Virus record (IMG/VR): IMGVR_UViG_3300033049_000066
Location: 229,279-293,278 of that record
Length of the DNA stretch: 64,000 nucleotides
Strand: one strand, 5' to 3'
Position 1 is the stretch's first letter. Every line of letters begins with the position of its first letter. A program made the translations under genes and the position numbers. The notes beneath the pieces are model-generated. The model was given only the letters and a program-made list of their open reading frames with translations. It was not told the DNA's origin and did not search any database. Positions 60,247 through 64,000 of this stretch are shown in pieces.

Positions 60247-62799
60247 ATGAATAACGTAGCAGATAAATTATACAACATACTCGGCACTAAATTTAACAAT
60301 ACAGACATTAAAACACTAAGCGCATCCGGCAAAGAAACTACCGATATGGAAGAAATTCAAATGTTTAGTTTTGATTTTCTTGTTGATTCACGTAATTACG
60401 GACCGGTCGTATTATTATTAAGCGCAACAGACAACCTTGAAGTCTACTACGGCGACAACACAAGTAAATCCCTTGATAGAGACGCGAAGAAAAAATGGGA
60501 GAACTTAATTGAACATTTGAGTACTTTTGCGCGTACAAATAGATTAGGGTTTAGTTTGAAACACACCTCAGATTTAAAATACGATTTATCAAATATCGCA
60601 GATATTACAGAAAGCTACAGGAATATTTTTGAAGGATATTACGGAACCAGGAAGACTAGCTACAGCCCACAAGGCAACGCCAAAATTATCATAAAACATA
60701 CTAAGGCAATCAGCGAAGGCGAGAAAAGGTTTCGTAATATATCTTCACTTTTTATTGAAAATGCTGACGGCGAGCGTTTTAAACTTCCATTCACTAAGCT
60801 AGCAGGCGCAAGGGCAATGGCACGTCACGTAACAGAAGGCGGCAACCCTTACGATTTATTCGGCGTTCACATCTCAGAGATGGTCAAAGATATCAACACG
60901 CTGGGCGGATTTGTTAGGCGCTCTAAGATGTACGAAGGCAACGACGACGCAATGGCAATGGTCGAAACTGGACGCTCTCACTACACTGAAATGCGTAAAG
61001 GCCTCAAGAGAATAGCAGGTGTACGTGGATACAAAACATACAAAGAAAGCTGGGAACCCTCAGCAATCACAGAACAAGATTTAGACACATCAAAAATTAG
61101 GGGCCTGTTCACTGAAAAGAAAGTTAATCAACGCACAGAAGATGCATTACCACTGCTAGCACGTCTACAACAAATGGCAGAAGCACAAAATCAATCCGAC
61201 CTTCCGAGAGATGAACTAAGCAAACACAGAGAAGATCACGGTGAAGAACCTGACACCAACGACGAAGGCGCGACTTATGAATTTCACCCATTCGACATTG
61301 AGCAACGTGATTCAGACAAATGGCATGCTGATCGTTACGCTGAATATTATGAAGAAACTAACAAACAGGACCCAAAAATGAAGCAAATGAATGAGCAGTA
61401 TGAAGAACAGCGTACAAAAATTATAGTAGACTTTCTCACAGCAGAAGGCCACCGCGGAAGTTTTAGTACGATGACACTAACTAATGTCATGGCTAAGGCA
61501 GGTTACCGCATGGAACTCAATCAACTGGAAAAATTCTTAGGGACACTAGCCGACCAAGGCATAATACGGAGCACTGGCACTTCGAGTGGTTTTGGAAGCA
61601 CACCGTCTACGACATGGAAGCTAGGTGGCGGAAGCCCTGCGCAATATGAAGAACAGCGTACAAAAATTATAGTAGATTTTCTCACAAAAGAAGGTCATCG
61701 CGGAAGTTTTAGTACATTGACACTAACTAATGTCATGACTAAGGCAGGACATCGCATGGAACTCAACCAACTGGAAAAATTCTTAGGAACACTAGCTGAT
61801 CAAAACATAATACAGAGCACTGGCACTTCAACTGGTTTTGGAAGCACGCCATCTACGACATGGAAGCTAGGTGGCGGCGGTATGAAGACGGAGGGAGAAG
61901 ATAACGTTAGCCCACCAACAGAAGAAGATAACAAAACAAAAGACTACGGAATGATAACTTGTTCAACATGCGGCGGTAGCGGCATGGTTGAACGTAGTTG
62001 GTGCCCAGAATGTGATGGATTTGGTCTAGTAACGCCTAACGCTGCCGAAGAGGCTGAAATGAAGGAAGTAACAGAATTTACACAATGGGCAGAGACCATA
62101 GTTGAAGGAACGTGGGCATTTGCTGATACCCCAGACGCACTAGCAGAGCTTAAAGAGTTTATGGCGACAGAACGACCCGTTGGAATCGATGCAATGAATG
62201 CGACCACAGCACTTTACAATATATTAGGCAATGACGAATTGTTTGATCTTTTAGCAGAGATAGCTGAAGAAAACCCAGAATCCGACGCACGTATAGCAGT
62301 TAAAACTTATATTGAAGGCGTATACAGAAATTTAGACAGCTACAATGAAAGTGATCAGTTAAATATTGTTAACATGTATAATACTATTATCGGCGAAAAG
62401 ATGTACCCGCACGAAGTTGACGAAAATTGCGCAATGGACTTAGACATTGATGATGAAACACAATTAAATGCTAGCCACAATAAAGCAATGGACGACTACA
62501 TACAAAAAGAAGACGTTGACGACGAGTATCCATCTGAGATGGCGAGAGCGAGAGCGAGAGCTAGCGCAAGAACAAGAGCTATGAGTGGTCGAGAAGATTC
62601 CGGAGCGTATTATCATGTAACAGGTGAGCCCGGGCACAAAGGAACATACGCAAACGACATGGACAAGATGTCCGATCCAACCGGCGATGACGACGAATAT
62701 GAATATGACGATATGAAGTCCGGCACAAGCAGCAAATTAGATGAGTCTACTGATTTAGTGAAGTTGATGTCTCGTACAAACTTCTTACTTAACAGATAA
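60247..62799 (+). CDS. Large late mosaic protein with tandem winged-helix-like repeats and a CxxCxGxG zinc finger
   Basis: GERFKLPF..L.GARAMARHV.EGG.PYD core; 82-aa tandem repeat; CSTCGGSG...CPECDGFG. Confidence 0.75.
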   Translation: MNNVADKLYNILGTKFNNTDIKTLSASGKETTDMEEIQMFSFDFLVDSRNYGPVVLLLSATDNLEVYYGDNTSKSLDRDAKKKWENLIEHLSTFARTNRLGFSLKHTSDLKYDLSNIADITESYRNIFEGYYGTRKTSYSPQGNAKIIIKHTKAISEGEKRFRNISSLFIENADGERFKLPFTKLAGARAMARHVTEGGNPYDLFGVHISEMVKDINTLGGFVRRSKMYEGNDDAMAMVETGRSHYTEMRKGLKRIAGVRGYKTYKESWEPSAITEQDLDTSKIRGLFTEKKVNQRTEDALPLLARLQQMAEAQNQSDLPRDELSKHREDHGEEPDTNDEGATYEFHPFDIEQRDSDKWHADRYAEYYEETNKQDPKMKQMNEQYEEQRTKIIVDFLTAEGHRGSFSTMTLTNVMAKAGYRMELNQLEKFLGTLADQGIIRSTGTSSGFGSTPSTTWKLGGGSPAQYEEQRTKIIVDFLTKEGHRGSFSTLTLTNVMTKAGHRMELNQLEKFLGTLADQNIIQSTGTSTGFGSTPSTTWKLGGGGMKTEGEDNVSPPTEEDNKTKDYGMITCSTCGGSGMVERSWCPECDGFGLVTPNAAEEAEMKEVTEFTQWAETIVEGTWAFADTPDALAELKEFMATERPVGIDAMNATTALYNILGNDELFDLLAEIAEENPESDARIAVKTYIEGVYRNLDSYNESDQLNIVNMYNTIIGEKMYPHEVDENCAMDLDIDDETQLNASHNKAMDDYIQKEDVDDEYPSEMARARARASARTRAMSGREDSGAYYHVTGEPGHKGTYANDMDKMSDPTGDDDEYEYDDMKSGTSSKLDESTDLVKLMSRTNFLLNR
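61396..61878 (+). repeat. Intragenic tandem duplication, period 246 nt
   Basis: QYEEQRTKIIVDFLT...TPSTTWKLGGG occurs twice. Confidence 0.97.
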
Positions 62800-62823
62800 A
62801 ACAATACAATACTACAGTGTTTT

Positions 62824-62849
62824 TAAAACGGCGAAAGTCGTTTTATTTT
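62824..62849 (+). terminator. Rho-independent terminator
   Basis: TAAAACGGC-GAAA-GTCGTTTTATTTT. Confidence 0.75.
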
Positions 62850-63057
62850 GGCTATCATTTCTGTTGCAATTTTCTGCTAAATGTTGTATAATACGTATGT
62901 GGTTACAAAAATAAGAATTAAAAATTCCCAGTAACACACCAAAGACGATAAATAATCGTATGCTACAACGCCGCGAAGGTTTAGTAGTATTAGGAAATAT
63001 TCTATAAGCCCGCGAAGGGTTAGGTAGATTCAGGACATAAATTAGGAGAAAACTATC

Positions 63058-64000
63058 ATGGCCTCATTAGCAGATATTCGAGCTCGCTTAGCAGCTCAAG
63101 ACACAAAAAAATCATCATCATTCACAGACGGCGAAGGCCCGGTATACCCACATTGGACAATTGACGAAGGACAGACTGCCATCGTGCGTTTTCTAAATGA
63201 CAACGATCCAACGAACACATTCTTTTGGGTTGAACGCGCAATGTTTAAATTTCCGTTCAAAGGAGTAAAGGGTGACCCAACAGCATCACAGAATACAATC
63301 GTTCAAGTGCCCTGCATGGAAATGTACGGCGAGAAAGATGCTGTCCTGGACGAAGTCCGAGGCTGGTTCAAAGATACCTCAATGGAAGAAATGGGACGTA
63401 AATACTGGAAGAAACGTACATATATTTTTCAAGGTTTTGTACGTAGCGATCCAAAAGGTGCGGCCGGTCCAGAGAACCCAATCCGTCGCTTCATGATTAG
63501 CCCACAGATTTTCACGCTAATTAAAAGCAGCTTAATGGATCCAGAAATTGAATATTCGCCAACCGACGTAAACAAAGGTTTAGATTTTAGAATTGCTAAG
63601 CAAGAAAAAGGTGGATATGCGGATTACACAAACTCAAGTTGGGCTCGCAAAGAAACAGCGTTAACCGACGAAGAAACCGCAGCCATCGCAAAATATGGCT
63701 TAAATAATCTTGTTGAGTTGCTACCACCTAAGCCTACCACTGAAGTGCAGGCTGTCATTCGTGAAATGTTTGAAGCTTCTGTTGACGGCGAACCCTATGA
63801 TCCTGAACGTTGGGCATCATACTACACTCCAAAGGGCATCTCAAAAGTTGACAACGCAGCAGCCGTTATAGTACCAGCAGCACCAGCAGCCGAAGCAGCA
63901 CCAGCAGCCGAAGCAGCACCAGCAGCCGAAGCAGCACCAGCAGCCGAAGCAGCACCAGCAGCCGAAGCAGCACCAGCAGCCGAAGCAGCACCAGTTGTCG
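63058..64000 (+). CDS. gp32: Single-stranded DNA-binding protein (runs off the window edge)
   Basis: MASLADIRARL, VRFL, FFWVER, VPC.EM, YWKKR.Y.FQGFV, GGYADY..S.W.RKE. Both a sigma70-type promoter (62864-62892) and a late promoter lie upstream. Confidence 0.9.
   Translation, partial: MASLADIRARLAAQDTKKSSSFTDGEGPVYPHWTIDEGQTAIVRFLNDNDPTNTFFWVERAMFKFPFKGVKGDPTASQNTIVQVPCMEMYGEKDAVLDEVRGWFKDTSMEEMGRKYWKKRTYIFQGFVRSDPKGAAGPENPIRRFMISPQIFTLIKSSLMDPEIEYSPTDVNKGLDFRIAKQEKGGYADYTNSSWARKETALTDEETAAIAKYGLNNLVELLPPKPTTEVQAVIREMFEASVDGEPYDPERWASYYTPKGISKVDNAAAVIVPAAPAAEAAPAAEAAPAAEAAPAAEAAPAAEAAPAAEAAPVV
63883..63990 (+). repeat. Six perfect 18-nt repeats encoding (PAAEAA)6
   Basis: CCAGCAGCCGAAGCAGCA x6. 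Confidence 0.97.

Noticed and set aside
1-64000. Stop-codon reassignment, tRNA genes or group I introns
   Set aside because: Core genes are full length in the standard code, all three stop codons are used, and no cloverleaf or intron-split gene was recognised by eye.

Overview
This is a 64-kb segment of a large T4-related myovirus genome, about 40% GC by eye, read in the standard genetic code. No tRNA, rRNA or CRISPR array was seen. It carries much of the virion module: baseplate, tail chaperone and tape measure, portal gp20, protease gp21, scaffold gp22, capsid gp23, tail fibres, neck gp13/14/15, sheath gp18, tube gp19, gp4 and terminase gp16/17. Also present are the late sigma factor gp55, the gp46/47 recombination nuclease, an endonuclease VII-like gene and the start of gp32. 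Two accessory islands of small ORFs (about 21.4-26.5 kb and 38-45 kb) are driven by sigma70-type promoters, while structural genes have TAAATA late promoters. Selfish elements are two inteins (one in gp55, one class-3 type in the gp46 P-loop) and four free-standing homing endonucleases. The most notable unexplained signals are: (1) a roughly 700-nt structured, pseudoknotted non-coding region beside the EndoVII-like gene; (2) a short helical tag (V/M-W-x-x-L and related h-x-L-K-G/YG variants) shared by many otherwise unrelated small proteins, including two adjacent genes with near-identical N-termini on different cargos; (3) repeat-bounded promoter/gene cassettes with IHF-consensus sites; (4) a lambda G/GT-like -1 frameshift; (5) a self-nested domain in tail proteins; (6) candidate capsid-targeted internal proteins and polyproteins. 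All family assignments come from motif recognition and gene order; no database searches were run.
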